From Candidatus Bathyarchaeota archaeon (GTDB lineage: Archaea; Thermoproteota; Bathyarchaeia; Bathyarchaeales; DTEX01), in the NCBI GenBank assembly GCA_963714275.1, contig CAVQNT010000006.1, positions 32,001 to 96,000 on the forward strand: DNA of 64,000 nt, read 5' to 3'. Numbering within the stretch: the stretch's first letter is position 1; the number at the start of each line of letters is the position of its first letter. The position numbers and the translations under genes are program-made. Of the stretch, positions 1 to 10,813 are shown piece by piece. The notes below the pieces were generated by a model. It was not told where the DNA came from. It saw only the letters and a list, made by a program, of their open reading frames with translations, and did no database searches.

Positions 1-353
1 AGATTCTGAAATTTCTTTGGTTTCTTCGCTTTTTCTTCCTTTTTTGTTCGGATGACATTTTCGTATAAAAGTGTGACGATTACTTTTTCTTTTTCGAAAC
101 GTAGTTGTAAGATTTCCTCAGGACTATTAATTACTCCTTGGGTCAACAGGTGTCCGACTATCAACTCTCTAGTTTTACTGGGAGAACACGTGAAAACAGT
201 GGAGGGCTTGTTGTTAATATACAATCGTATTGTCGTTTCTGTAACAACCTCATCTTGAACATGTTCAAATAATCTTTTTCCGAGGTTAACCCTTATGATT
301 TCATGTGTTGTTGTTACTTTTCCTCCGCCCAGGTCCTTTTTTCCCGTATTCAT
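1..353 (-). CDS. fdhD: Formate dehydrogenase accessory sulfurtransferase FdhD, N-terminal part (runs off the window)
   Basis: Manual translation from ATG at 353: ...VQDEVVTETTIRLYINNKPSTVFTCSPSKTRELIVGHLLTQGVI, matching the FdhD N-terminal D-x-V-x-x-E...SP...EL-x-x-G-x-L pattern. Confidence 0.7.
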   Translation of the reverse strand, partial: MNTGKKDLGGGKVTTTHEIIRVNLGKRLFEHVQDEVVTETTIRLYINNKPSTVFTCSPSKTRELIVGHLLTQGVINSPEEILQLRFEKEKVIVTLLYENVIRTKKEEKAKKPKKFQN

Positions 354-507
354 ACTATCTGACACCTTTATGAACCTTTTTATAAATTTTTACGTTAAAA
401 TGTTAGGTTTTTGGAATAGAAAACACATAAATTAAGGAATTTTCGGCTGACAACCATAAACATTTTATATGGTATTAAAATGTTATATTGCTTTTGGATG
501 AGCGAAC

Positions 508-834
508 ATGTATCCTCCATGCGAGATTGTTACCAGATCAGTTCTTCCAGTGTTCAGGTCGTTCGTGGCAAAAGAACTTGTTGAAAAATATGGATTCACC
601 CAAATGGAAGTTGCCAAAAGACTGGGAACATCGCAGGCTGCCATCAGCCAGTATCTTCACTCGAAAAGGGGATACGGAGGATCTAGCCAAGTTAAACCCT
701 CTCTACCAAAAGTACGCAAGTTGGCTAGTGAACTAGCAAAGCGAATAGTAGCAGAAAACATGTCTGCTGAAGAAGTAATGGCAACCTTCTGCGACATATG
801 CAGAAAACTTTACCCACCCATATACCGATCTTAA
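508..834 (+). CDS. Archaeal HTH transcriptional regulator (PPCE...TQ-x-EVA-x-x-LG-x-SQAAISQY type)
   Basis: MYPPCE start, Xre-like HTH FTQMEVAKRLGTSQAAISQY, C-terminal CxxC. Confidence 0.8.
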   Translation: MYPPCEIVTRSVLPVFRSFVAKELVEKYGFTQMEVAKRLGTSQAAISQYLHSKRGYGGSSQVKPSLPKVRKLASELAKRIVAENMSAEEVMATFCDICRKLYPPIYRS

Positions 835-991
835 ATGCGCTCTGTGCTACTATGCCGTGATTTTTTAGGTAGATATACTATATCCTTAGCTAACAAAAGC
901 TTTTCAGAATGCATAAACCAGCCAACATATTAGTTCTATATGAGTCTAAATGTTAGAAACTCTTTTAAGCAATTCAATTTTCTGAAATATT

Positions 992-1267
992 GTGTTACAG
1001 ACTTTGGAGATTAAAAAAGTTATTCTTGCAGTTTTTGGGGTTACAGCAGCAATTGTCGGTTGGGGGATGTGGATGGAACCTCATTTAGACTTTACCATCC
1101 TACTTTCGTTGATGACTGACGAAATTATGCGGTTGACAAGAGACCCCTTCGCAATACTAGGATTCATGATTATGCTGCTGGGGCTTTGGGCTTTTTTCAA
1201 AGCTATCTTCGACAACCAAGATGTGAGGGGATTTTTCTCTTTCGACAAAGAGCATGAAGAACTTTAG
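992..1267 (+). CDS. Small hypothetical membrane protein
   Basis: 91-aa ORF with two hydrophobic segments. Confidence 0.5.
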   Translation: MLQTLEIKKVILAVFGVTAAIVGWGMWMEPHLDFTILLSLMTDEIMRLTRDPFAILGFMIMLLGLWAFFKAIFDNQDVRGFFSFDKEHEEL

Positions 1268-1309
1268 TTTTGAAATGTTATGAATGTGTTCTTATCTTAA
1301 CCAGTTCTT

Positions 1310-1560
1310 TAGCTGCTAACATGAGTTAATTCTTTCTTCCATTGTCTGATATTCTTGGAAGAAGGAAGACTTATTTCCAATCCTTCCTTGTCAACGTGAC
1401 TTTTGAATCGTTCATGGATTGTCTTTGGGTCAAGCGACCCATGTCTTCCACAGAGGAGATTCCGACCTTGTCCAAGATGTCTGAGTGAATCTCTTTTCCG
1501 AAAAATACTTTCAAAGAAGGGCTTCTATTTCTTTTTCGTCTCGCAAGGACAGGATTGAAG
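1310..1560 (-). pseudogene. Fragmented ORF with DUF4332-like (HhH) C-terminal segment
   Basis: Pieces read HSDILDKVGISSVEDMG / LDPKTIHERFKSHVDKEGLEISLPSSKNIRQWKKEL; upstream part has stops and frameshifts. Confidence 0.3.
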
Positions 1561-1982
1561 TCTTAAGTAAGGTGTACTGATTTACTGTCTAGCTTCGTCG
1601 CTCGTATCTACTGTCACTGTGAGGTTATTAAAACTCTCTAATGAAATCGTATAGCTGAATCCCCGGGATCCATTACCGTTTGTAATATGTTTTTTTTATT
1701 GTCTCTTTTTAAAGGCAGGTCATCCATCTCCTTCATTAAATGTTATAATATTATATTTTCTGTGTTTTGGTTGCTTCACCCCCTTAATGATTCACATAAA
1801 TTAAATAAATGTATCAACCCAAGCTAGCTAACTTTCAGCTAATTCCTTACTGCATCTACAATGGAATATGCCATAAATTTTTCGGTAATCCATAGTTCGA
1901 TAAACACCAGTCATCTTCACGACGAGCTATACTTCAACCACTATACCTGATACCCGAGAATAGTCCTCTTCAGCGAAAAGTA

Positions 1983-2101
1983 TGGTGCGGGGAGCGGGAT
2001 TTGAACCCGCGAACCCCTAAGGGACAGGCTCCTGAAGCTTGCGCGCCCTTGTTTGTGGTTGTTTGGGTTCTGCGCCTTTGACCTGGCTTGGCGACCCCCG
2101 C
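1983..2101 (-). tRNA. tRNA-Leu(CAG) with 31-nt intron (2039-2069) at position 29/30; encoded CCA
   Basis: Reverse complement GCGGGGGTCGCCAAGCCAGGTCAAAGGCGCAG[intron]GCTTCAGGAGCCTGTCCCTTAGGGGTTCGCGGGTTCAAATCCCGCTCCCCGCACCA; removing the intron restores stem CAGGC/GCCTG and loop TTCAGGA; long variable arm. Confidence 0.93.
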
Positions 2102-2332
2102 TGTCAATTGGCGTTCAGAATCTTTTATCCATCATGTTTGGTTGTGCTTCAGCCAAGCAATTATTGAGTAAAAGAGCCTTGAAATATAAAGATATCACGT
2201 GTTATGTGTCCACAAAAGGCGAAAAACAAAAAATCCGTGTTCACGTGCGAGACATATATATCCTCATGAAAGCGAAGTTTATATGGTAGCTCCAGAAATC
2301 AGCATCCGCCCGCTTCACGGAGACCGTCGCCG

Positions 2333-4156
2333 ATGTTCAGGACATTCACCTCGGATGCTAAGTCGCTGATAAAAGGCAACATTAGGGCACTCACCATCCG
2401 AGATATGCTTTATACAATGATCGCTGGACTAACTGGCGGACTAGACGCATTATACGTGAAAGAGGTTTTGGGAGCTGACGCTATAGTCCTTGGGCTTCTC
2501 GCTTCAATATGGTCCGCTGCCTTCCTGTTTTTTATCTTGATCGGTGGATGGATGTCTGATCATTACGAGCGAAAAAAAATGTTAATTATTGGGATGGCTT
2601 TAACCTTGCCTAATCCAATCATATTTGCCTTAGCGCCTGACTGGAGAGTCACAGTTCTCGCTAACCTTCTTGGGGCTTTGGGAGCAGCCTTCTCAGCTCC
2701 TGCATATGTCGCGTTGCTTTACTCTTCCTCGGAGCAGAAAACAAGAAGCCGGGTCCTCGCAGTTATGAACACTCTGATATGCTTGGTTAACGTGTTTGTT
2801 CCACCTTTAGGCGCATTAGCCATTCAGAGGTTTGGAGGCTTGTATGAGATTCGGAAAGTCTTTATTGCCCAGTTCTTTTTGTCGATTATCGTCTTATTTT
2901 TGACAAACAAAAAATTAAAAAGTTCAGTTAAACATGCAAATGCTCAACCAAAGGGTTTCATTGATTCAATAAAAAGCATCTTTGGACAGATGACTAACAT
3001 CTACAAACTATCAAAGAAACGAAAAGCCACAGCATGGCTCTTCATAGCCATATCTGGACCTTGGGCATGGGAAACCATTGCCCCCCTTTGGATCATATAT
3101 GCTGCGGAAATATGCAAGTCTTCATTAATGATTATTGGCTTTCTTCCTGCAGTTTACAGCCTAACCGCGGCTATGCTTTTATATCCGTTGGCTAAGGTAT
3201 CAGACCGGAAGGGCAGAAAAAAAGTCATAATACTTGTCCGCCCTTTTCTATATTTTTGTGTAACTGCATTAATTGTTGGTGGCACTTTCCCAGAATTAGC
3301 CATAACTCCCCTTATCCCGCTTCTAGCATGGATATTTAGAGCTATTGGAGATTCTTCTGGACCCTCATGGACAGCAGCTTCGACAGAGGTGATTCCAGAC
3401 GAACTGCAAAGCGAATGGGAAGCAACGAGAGACTTCCTGTGGAGAGTAATGACCATCCCAGCTGCTATTTTCGGAGGACTGTTGTGGAACGTGGACCCGA
3501 GACTGCCTTTCGTTTGCGCCTTTCTCGTGGATGGATTAGTGAGATTACCAATATTGATTCGCCTTATTCCAGAGACTCTAATCGTTTACAAGTCTCCTCA
3601 ACCTCCAGGTCCACATGTAATCGTTTATGGTTTGCCTTCATCTGGAAGAACATCTATCGCCCAACTTATCCAGAAAAAGTTGGATTTGTTACTAATCGAA
3701 CAACCAAGCACAAAACAAAGGCAACAAATCCACCAACCCCTTTTCAAGTTTACTTTCTTTGGCGACCGAAAACACATAAAGATGGATGACCAAGTATCAG
3801 AAGCGCTTTCACAAAAGAAAACCGCGTCGGTAATTGAAGGAGAAGCAGACTTTATTTGCTGCTAACGAAAAGGACAAAGGCGTAATAGTCCTACTTGTCG
3901 CCTCAAAAGATGAAAGGATACGTAGAAAAACTGGCAATTCCCAAGAGCCGGAGTTTGTAGCTTAAGAGAGCTCGAAGAAAAAGACCGCGAAGTCGTAAGA
4001 CTTACGAGGCAACTTTACGGAGTAGATATTTCGAAGCTTCCACCGTTCGATATTGCCATTAACACTGAGAGGATTTCACCTGAAAAAATCGTAAAATTTA
4101 TTTCTATGCTACGAGAAAAAGACGAAATAATTAAAGATCTACAAAAAAACAGGTAA
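2333..4156 (+). CDS. MFS transporter fused to a C-terminal cytidylate-kinase-like P-loop domain (frameshifts near 3855 and 3965)
   Basis: About 12 TM segments with motif A (GWMSDHYERKK, VSDRKGRKK), then VIVYGLPSSGRTS, VIEG and LYGVDISKLPPFDIAINTE in the shifted frames. Confidence 0.75.
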
Positions 4157-4193
4157 TTCACGTTTTTTAAACAATGATTTATATAGGTGTCGA

Positions 4194-4683
4194 ATGATGC
4201 AGTCAAGCCAGATGCTTAAAAAAGAAAGAGAAATGAACAAGGCAGAGATGGAAGAATTCTTATACGAAGCTTAAGGTTGGCAGACTGGGAATCTGCCACA
4301 ACAATGAGCCGTACATTGTGCCAGTATTATTCGCCTATGACAGAGAAACCGAAACAATTTACATTCACTGCGCTAAAAAGGGCAAAAAAATAGATATAAT
4401 GAAAACAAATCCATATGTTTGCTTTGAGACCGACAAAATGTCAACGATAATAATCGATAAATCGCCATGCAACTCTAGTCTAACATATCGTAGTGTGATC
4501 GCGTTCGGCGTAGTTACATTTATCAATGACCCTAAAGTAAAAGCCCAAGTCTTAAACATGCTAATACGAAAATACGCCAACGAAACTAAAATCGAATTTG
4601 TTATTCCAGAAATGACAGAAAATACGCAGGTTATCATAGTAAAAATAGTATCAAAAACAGGGAAACAAAATAAAAAAGCCTAA
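4194..4683 (+). CDS. Pyridoxamine 5'-phosphate oxidase-like/NimA flavin-binding protein (frameshift near 4270)
   Basis: KVGRLG...EPYIVP, IYIHCAKKGKK, NPYVCFE, YRSVIAFG. Confidence 0.8.
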
Positions 4684-5770
4684 AGATTCCTATATTCGGT
4701 TTTTGAGTTCAATGGAGAGAAGCTTAGTTCCTTCTCCGCTATCTTTTGCTGCCAAGGTTCAAAATTAGAAATTTTGAATAGGCTATTAACAAGTTTGATG
4801 CTTTTCTGTAAGTGAATTTTGATTTCGCCTTTTTCGCTTCTTTCTTTAGTTGTATAAATTGTGGTTTGTCTGTTTGACCAGTCTCCAGGTTGATCGGACC
4901 CAGGTATGAACTCAGGCAAGAACCTATCTAAAGTTTCGATGTCAACTATACTTCCAAGTTCCCTTATTTTTCCAGTTTCTTCCCAATAGCTTTTCGTCGA
5001 CTCCATACAATGTCATGTCATACCCGTTGAAAGTCAAGTCAGTTATGTCTTCAATTGCGAAGGCCATTAACTCGATACCATGTTTCTTAGTAGTTTCGCT
5101 TATTAGCTTTAAACCAGACATTGAGATGAATCCGTAGAGAATTAATGTGCGAATAGAAGACCCGACTTCCCTACATTGTTCAACAAGCCTTTTAATCGAT
5201 ATTTGACCTGTTTTACCTATTGCCTATGTGTCAGGCTTCAACACAATAATTTCTTTATCATGAGGTAGTTCGACAAAATCCTTGTAAACAATATTTAAAC
5301 TCATAGAGGCTTCTTCGTCATGACTTCTATAGGAAGGATGCATATAACGAGGACGAATCCATACATTCCTTAACTTCTTAAGCCCCATGATTGCCCTAAA
5401 AGCTCTGTGCAGCTCGTATCCTGGAGATGCCCTCAAAACGTTTTCAAAAACAATATAATTTGCATCTACTTTTGAAAGTTTTGCCAGACTCATTTATGGC
5501 TTTTCCAGCCTCCAATGCTGCCTCAAACGCGAGGATTTTTAATGAATCTCCGACCATGTGAGGGTGGCACGCAATCTTTCTTCCCTGAGGTGTGTTAATT
5601 ATGAAAAGTTTGTCTGCTAGGTCTGGTCTATGGACTTCAAAAATGTTTGTCGAAGGATTTAAACCTTTAATTAAGACTTTGCTTGTTGACTTTACGTCAA
5701 TACTATATTCATCTATTATTCTATGGAACCTTGCATCATTAATTTGAGGGATTGTCGCTGGCACATTCAT
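4680..5770 (-). CDS. Divergent uracil phosphoribosyltransferase-like (type I PRTase) protein; split by frameshifts and one in-frame TAG
   Basis: ENVLRASPG (UPRT ILRAG-like) and IIVLKPDT*AIGKT (PRPP-loop-like); ORF pieces 5444-5770, 5224-5493 and 4680-5006 join into one gene. Confidence 0.55.
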
Positions 5771-5922
5771 CGCACCATGTTTAATTCAAATACAAAGCCA
5801 TAATTTTCGCGTATGCTCTATTTTTAACATATATTAATCGTGGAATAAATTTACCCAACAGCAAATTAAATATAAAACTTTGATATTCAACTTCCTTTTA
5901 ACATTCACGACACAATAAATGT

Positions 5923-6786
5923 TCATTTGAGCGTTCCAGTGAAGAAAGAAATCATTCCAAAAAGCATCCAGACCAATACGAGATTCTTTGTGCGTCTTGC
6001 GTTCTCTCTGGAAGAATTCTTGATAAGCATGATTGAAGAAACCGAAAATCCTGCGTCTGCAACTATAACAAAGGGAATATACCATATGGAAAATATGCCA
6101 AGAAGCCACGGAACCAAGCTGAGAAATACGGCGGAAAAAAAGAAAAATGAAGACACGACTGAAGCGACTTTGCTTCCGTAAATGACCATGATGGTTCTCA
6201 TTTTCCTTGCCTTGTCGCCTTCATCATCCACAATTCCCTTCGCAACCTCGCGTCCAGTGTTCGACAAAAATGCCAAAGCCGAGAACAGCAAGACCTTTAA
6301 ACTGAAGCCTTGACCAACAATGAAGCTACCGTAGATGAAGGGAATTGCGACGCATGCGCTGACAAGGAAATTTCCAGGCAACCCAGTTCTTTTTCCTTTT
6401 GTCGCGTACGTGACTGAAACCGCTAATGAAATTGTCACTATTAATATGGGCATAAGGGAAGGCGGATTGACGAAGGCTGATGCCGTTATACCTACAAGAA
6501 TGAGGATTAAGGCGAAAATTATGCTTTCTCGACGTTTAACAGTTCCGCTTGGGAGTGGACGATGTGGCACGTTTATTTTGTCAATGTCGTAATCATAATA
6601 GTCGTTTATTGCCATCGAGGCGCCTGTAAGCGTGAATGCTGTAGTGAATCCTAATAAAAGGGTCAGGGCAACATTTGTAGAGAACGTTTCCGCCAATGCC
6701 AAAGAAGCGCCAACAATGACAGCAAGACCCATCATCAGCCCGTTAATCGGACGGAGAAGCCTAATGAAACCTACGACTCTGCTCAT
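5923..6786 (-). CDS. Digeranylgeranylglyceryl phosphate synthase (UbiA family)
   Basis: LLRPIN, INDYYDYDIDKINVPHRPLPSG, REVAKGIVDDEGD motifs; multi-TM. Confidence 0.9.
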   Translation of the reverse strand: MSRVVGFIRLLRPINGLMMGLAVIVGASLALAETFSTNVALTLLLGFTTAFTLTGASMAINDYYDYDIDKINVPHRPLPSGTVKRRESIIFALILILVGITASAFVNPPSLMPILIVTISLAVSVTYATKGKRTGLPGNFLVSACVAIPFIYGSFIVGQGFSLKVLLFSALAFLSNTGREVAKGIVDDEGDKARKMRTIMVIYGSKVASVVSSFFFFSAVFLSLVPWLLGIFSIWYIPFVIVADAGFSVSSIMLIKNSSRENARRTKNLVLVWMLFGMISFFTGTLK

Positions 6787-6882
6787 TGCCGAAACACAGC
6801 CAACTTTTATAATAAAGAGGATGTCGGGTCGGATAATTGTTTTTCGGGAATGTGTTCAAGAAAGCTATCTAGCACAAGCTAG

Positions 6883-6900
6883 TGGATACAAAAGCATCAA
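6883..6900 (-). repeat. Copy 1 of 18-bp repeat TTGATGCTTTTGTATCCA (reverse orientation)
   Basis: Plus strand reads TGGATACAAAAGCATCAA; exact match to the other three copies. Confidence 0.9.
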
Positions 6901-6995
6901 TAAACTTCACATTTTTTCATCGTGTCAAATAGTTTATCTTATTTGTGACTACCGCAAAAAGAGACTTTTGGTAAACCAAGAGAATTCCGAATATT

Positions 6996-8261
6996 CTAAT
7001 CATACGATGGTCTCGAAGTTGCAGTCACATTCACGGTTGTTGTTTCCCCCGATCTCCAAACAGTAAGAGTGATGGTTTGTCCAGGCGACACGTGTTCCTC
7101 AATATAGGCAGTCCATTCAGCAATTGTTCGAGTTGGATGCCCATCGACAGCCAGCACAATGTCTCTCGCCATATACTCAGTTTGACCTTCAGGATCTGTC
7201 GTTTCAACTACGCCTTTTAAACCTGCCTGTTCCGCAGGATAATTTTTAATTACATCCCAAACGAGTAATCCGGACTGGAAAGGCTCAACATTAAGAATAT
7301 TATCATCCTTTATTACTTCTGGCGTTAACTCAAGAAGGTAGAATCCAATAAAAGGGTGACTATAGAAGCTTTTCTCAATTATTGATGCTACAACACGTTT
7401 AACAATGTTTGAGGTTATGGCGAAGTTGAAACCGTAAGATGTTCCAGCGTTCGTTATGCCAACAACGTTTCCATACAAATCTAAAAGCGGACCTCCAGAG
7501 TTTCCAGGAGCCAAAGTAATGTCCAGCTGAATCACGGGAACCGTTATAGGCACTTCGTCTAACTCGATGATTTTGTTTACTTGGCTTACGTAGCCTGAGG
7601 ATAAGCTTCCTGTGAGTCCAAGCGGATTACCTATAGCGATGACTTGTTGTCCAACATAAAGGTCTGAGGAGTTTCCCAGTTTTAGTGGCTTCGCTTCTGG
7701 GGGTGAACTGGGCACCATCAAAACTGCGACATCGGAGTATGCGTCTATTCCCACAAGCGAGGCACGTCTTCTTGTTCCATCATAGAACTGGACATTAATT
7801 TCCGTCTCACCTTCTACGACATGCCAATTTGTGAGAATCATGTTTGTGCTGTTGAAAAGGAATCCTGACCCTTGTCGTGTGTTTGTGGTTATAACGACAA
7901 CAGACTGGTAAGTTGACTGATAAATTTCAGCTGGTGTCTGATTCACAATATGGGATAAAGACTTTCCTAGCTCAGAAACTTTTGCTTCCAACTGGCTGAG
8001 TAAGGATCTTATCTCTGTAACGTTACCCAATGAAGTCTGGTTAATCTCCCCCAAGGTTTCAGTCAGGTTTGCCAGTTCAGCAGCCACGTGTTGTTGTGCC
8101 TGAATATTATTATAAATCAAATAAGTGTTAACGCTGGACAGGGCTATTGCGACAACACATAAGATGGCCAAAAATTTAGTTACTTTGATAGGCATCATCC
8201 ATTCCCTCTTATATTGAAACGAGCATTGATGCTCTAAAACTTTTTCATTGATGCATGCCAA
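6996..8261 (-). CDS. htrA: HtrA/DegP-like membrane-anchored serine protease with PDZ domain
   Basis: ILTNWHVV, DVAVL, GNSGGPL catalytic triad motifs; N-terminal TM and coiled coil; C-terminal PDZ (true start probably near 8198). Confidence 0.9.
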   Translation of the reverse strand: MACINEKVLEHQCSFQYKREWMMPIKVTKFLAILCVVAIALSSVNTYLIYNNIQAQQHVAAELANLTETLGEINQTSLGNVTEIRSLLSQLEAKVSELGKSLSHIVNQTPAEIYQSTYQSVVVITTNTRQGSGFLFNSTNMILTNWHVVEGETEINVQFYDGTRRRASLVGIDAYSDVAVLMVPSSPPEAKPLKLGNSSDLYVGQQVIAIGNPLGLTGSLSSGYVSQVNKIIELDEVPITVPVIQLDITLAPGNSGGPLLDLYGNVVGITNAGTSYGFNFAITSNIVKRVVASIIEKSFYSHPFIGFYLLELTPEVIKDDNILNVEPFQSGLLVWDVIKNYPAEQAGLKGVVETTDPEGQTEYMARDIVLAVDGHPTRTIAEWTAYIEEHVSPGQTITLTVWRSGETTTVNVTATSRPSYD

Positions 8262-8272
8262 ATGGACGGATT

Positions 8273-8717
8273 TCAGGAATTTACAAGTTCTGAGCTTTCA
8301 TCATTGTCACGGACAACGTAGTTATCGATTTTGTCCGCAACCTTAAAGACCCACTTGTAAGGAAATTTGCCTGCTAAAACTGCTTTCTTTTTGTCGTAAA
8401 CTTCGAACATGCCAAGAAAGTCAACAAGCTCTTAACCTGCTCTTGCTTAAAGTATACTCTGTCCGAGCTTGTGGACTTTACTTCAAAAGCAAAAACACAG
8501 TCACCCTTAGCCGCAAAAACATCAGGCAACGGCTCAGAACTCGGAGCAGAAACAGGAACCCTAACAGCTTTGAACCCTTTAACTCTGAGCTTTTTACAAG
8601 GTCCCTTTCTGCACGGTAACCGTGTACCCTTATCCGCCTGCTTTCGCTGCTTGAAAGCTTTCGACCCTTTCGTTTGCTTTTGGGTTTTGTTTTTTCAGCT
8701 ATGTCTCTAAGAGACAA
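8273..8717 (-). CDS. hjc: Holliday junction resolvase Hjc-like nuclease (frameshifted)
   Basis: Joined frames read HGYRAERDLVKKLRVKGFKAVRVPVSAPSSEPLPDVFAAKGDCVFAFEVKS. Confidence 0.8.
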
Positions 8718-8728
8718 AGTCTTCGCCT

Positions 8729-9032
8729 TTAGCTTTGCGGTTCTTCCAGTTGACGAATGGCCAATCGGACAAGGTCTTGGAGCCAGTCTGAAAAAGTAGG
8801 CGCATTAGCGTACTTTTGATATTTTTTTCTGTACGGAACCTTTAAGATCATGTGAAGGTTAATCATTCTTCGAACATAGTATTTTGCTGTTGACCTTGGG
8901 ATTCCAGACTTCACTGGCAAGGTCTCCGCTCGTAAACACCATTTTTAGCCTAGAATATGCTCTTAAAACATCTGCTGGAAAAGGCATGGACAAATTTACT
9001 ATCTCAATTAAATCTTTACTTAACTGAACCAT
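8729..9032 (-). CDS. Hypothetical winged-HTH protein (frameshifted)
   Basis: FTSGDLASE / SGIPRSTAKYYVRRMINLHMI HTH-like pattern; ATG at 9032. Confidence 0.5.
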
Positions 9033-9343
9033 TTTTTAGCCTTCTTTTCGGTTCAAAAATATGACTTTCATCCTTATAAGACATTCTGATGATTTTACAC
9101 AAAATAATATTTTGATACAAACTAAAATTTATGTAATATTCGTGATCTGGACTGCATTGGACGAGTCTTTTTTTTCATTTTTGCTTAGTGCAGTGGATTT
9201 CTATTAAGTAAAAATCATTTTTATATTTTATTCACGCTTTTGGACTAATTTAAAGTCTATGAAGTAATTATAGAAAATAAAATTTTAATGATGTGATATG
9301 GACTTACTTTTAGCCCATATTTTTGAAAAATTTACATAATTAA

Positions 9344-10018
9344 TTAAAAATGCATTATTTGGTTCAGATAAGCTGGCATTGATGTGAGAAAGTCTCTTAG
9401 TTGTAACACGGGGACTATGGGTACGCCTTTGTGAAATTTTTGGTTTCCAGGCGCCAGAGACAAAATCATCGGCACAAAATGTGCATGTTTCCAGTTTCCC
9501 ATTCCAATCTTGTCGTTTATGGACTTGGATGCCTTGGAAAGGTTCTTGGTTCTTTCAGCCTGCATTTCAGCGGCTTTTCTGCTTCCTGATCCGCTCCATC
9601 CGTGATGCCAGTGTTTGCAATCAGCGCACACGATTAGTGGTTCTTTAAGCGCCAAAATGTCGATTTCCCATCTTCGATTTACCCAGGTGAATCTGAAATG
9701 TTTTTTAGTTTCATAATTATTGGCTTTGAACGCTATGATAGAGATATCTTCGAATTCAAGCCAAGTCAACGAATCACAAATTCTTTCAATATCCGCTCCT
9801 TGCTTCACAATCTTCATAACCAACTTTAAACGTTGCTCAGAACTGATACTTACTGACCTTGATGAAGGAGCATAGGTTACGAGGTTAACGTGTTTTCTCA
9901 AAACTTCCCTCACGATCTGAACTGGAACATGGGCTTCTTGGCTAATTTCTTCTAGCTCCGTTATGCCCTCTTTTGTTAGTTTAAGCAGCGAAACCAGAAC
10001 TCCACGTTCAGCGAGCAA
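9344..10018 (-). CDS. Conserved archaeal HTH + PD-(D/E)xK (restriction endonuclease-like) protein
   Basis: W-x-EFE...WEIDILA...ADCKHW motifs; N-terminal HTH. Confidence 0.7.
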   Translation of the reverse strand: MLAERGVLVSLLKLTKEGITELEEISQEAHVPVQIVREVLRKHVNLVTYAPSSRSVSISSEQRLKLVMKIVKQGADIERICDSLTWLEFEDISIIAFKANNYETKKHFRFTWVNRRWEIDILALKEPLIVCADCKHWHHGWSGSGSRKAAEMQAERTKNLSKASKSINDKIGMGNWKHAHFVPMILSLAPGNQKFHKGVPIVPVLQLRDFLTSMPAYLNQIMHF

Positions 10019-10134
10019 TGTAAACCGAATGAATATTAGTTATGAGGTTGATAAAAATATTTAAAAACGGTGAGACTTCAAATCGAAGGCAAATTGTTCG
10101 TTTTGTTTTTAAGTAGACCATTATTGGAGGGGAA

Positions 10135-10157
10135 TTGTTGATGCTTTTGTATCCATT
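10135..10157 (+). repeat. Copy 2 of the repeat (23-bp TTGTTGATGCTTTTGTATCCATT)
   Basis: Exact 23-bp direct match to 13299-13321. Confidence 0.92.
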
Positions 10158-10254
10158 TTAAACTTGACCACCAAAATTTTCAATGGACATTATAAAATAT
10201 TTGTAGATAAACAAATTTATTAAAAACATGAGATTATTCAATTAATAAGGTGAA

Positions 10255-10764
10255 ATGAAAGTGAAATCGTTAATGGTCAAGGCGAAGAAGCTGACAGCAA
10301 ATTCATTCTTCAAGTTTGGCAAGGTGGCTGACGCTCACACAATTCCGCCCCTAGTCGAAACTGAAAATTTAAAGTTCTGGACAACAATCGCAACCTACAC
10401 GGTCGATGGCGAAACAGAAATAGCACTTTGCCACGTAAAAAAAAGCGTTGATTCTGTTGGATTATTAGAGAGACATGTTAAAACACCCGAAATTCTCGTA
10501 CCAATCAAAGGCGACTTCATATTGCCTGTGGCTCCTGCTGGAAACCTCCAAGATCCAACATTAACCCCTGAAGCTTCCGATGTAGAAGCCTTCCTTGTTC
10601 GTTCAGATCAAGCAGTAGTAATGGAAAAGGGAGTTTGGCACACTGCGCCAGTTCCAGTACATAAAGAGACTTCGTTCTTCGTAATCTTCAAGAAGGAAAC
10701 CACTAAACAAGACGCGGTCTTTAAAAAGCTTAAAAACGATCAAACCGTCAAAGTCATAAGATAG
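10255..10764 (+). CDS. Ureidoglycolate lyase (AllA)-like cupin
   Basis: LLERHVKTPEILVP and GVWH motifs. Confidence 0.75.
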   Translation: MKVKSLMVKAKKLTANSFFKFGKVADAHTIPPLVETENLKFWTTIATYTVDGETEIALCHVKKSVDSVGLLERHVKTPEILVPIKGDFILPVAPAGNLQDPTLTPEASDVEAFLVRSDQAVVMEKGVWHTAPVPVHKETSFFVIFKKETTKQDAVFKKLKNDQTVKVIR

Positions 10765-10813
10765 AACAATTAAGCATTTACAGTTAAATCATATTCATTA
10801 AAAAATACATTAA

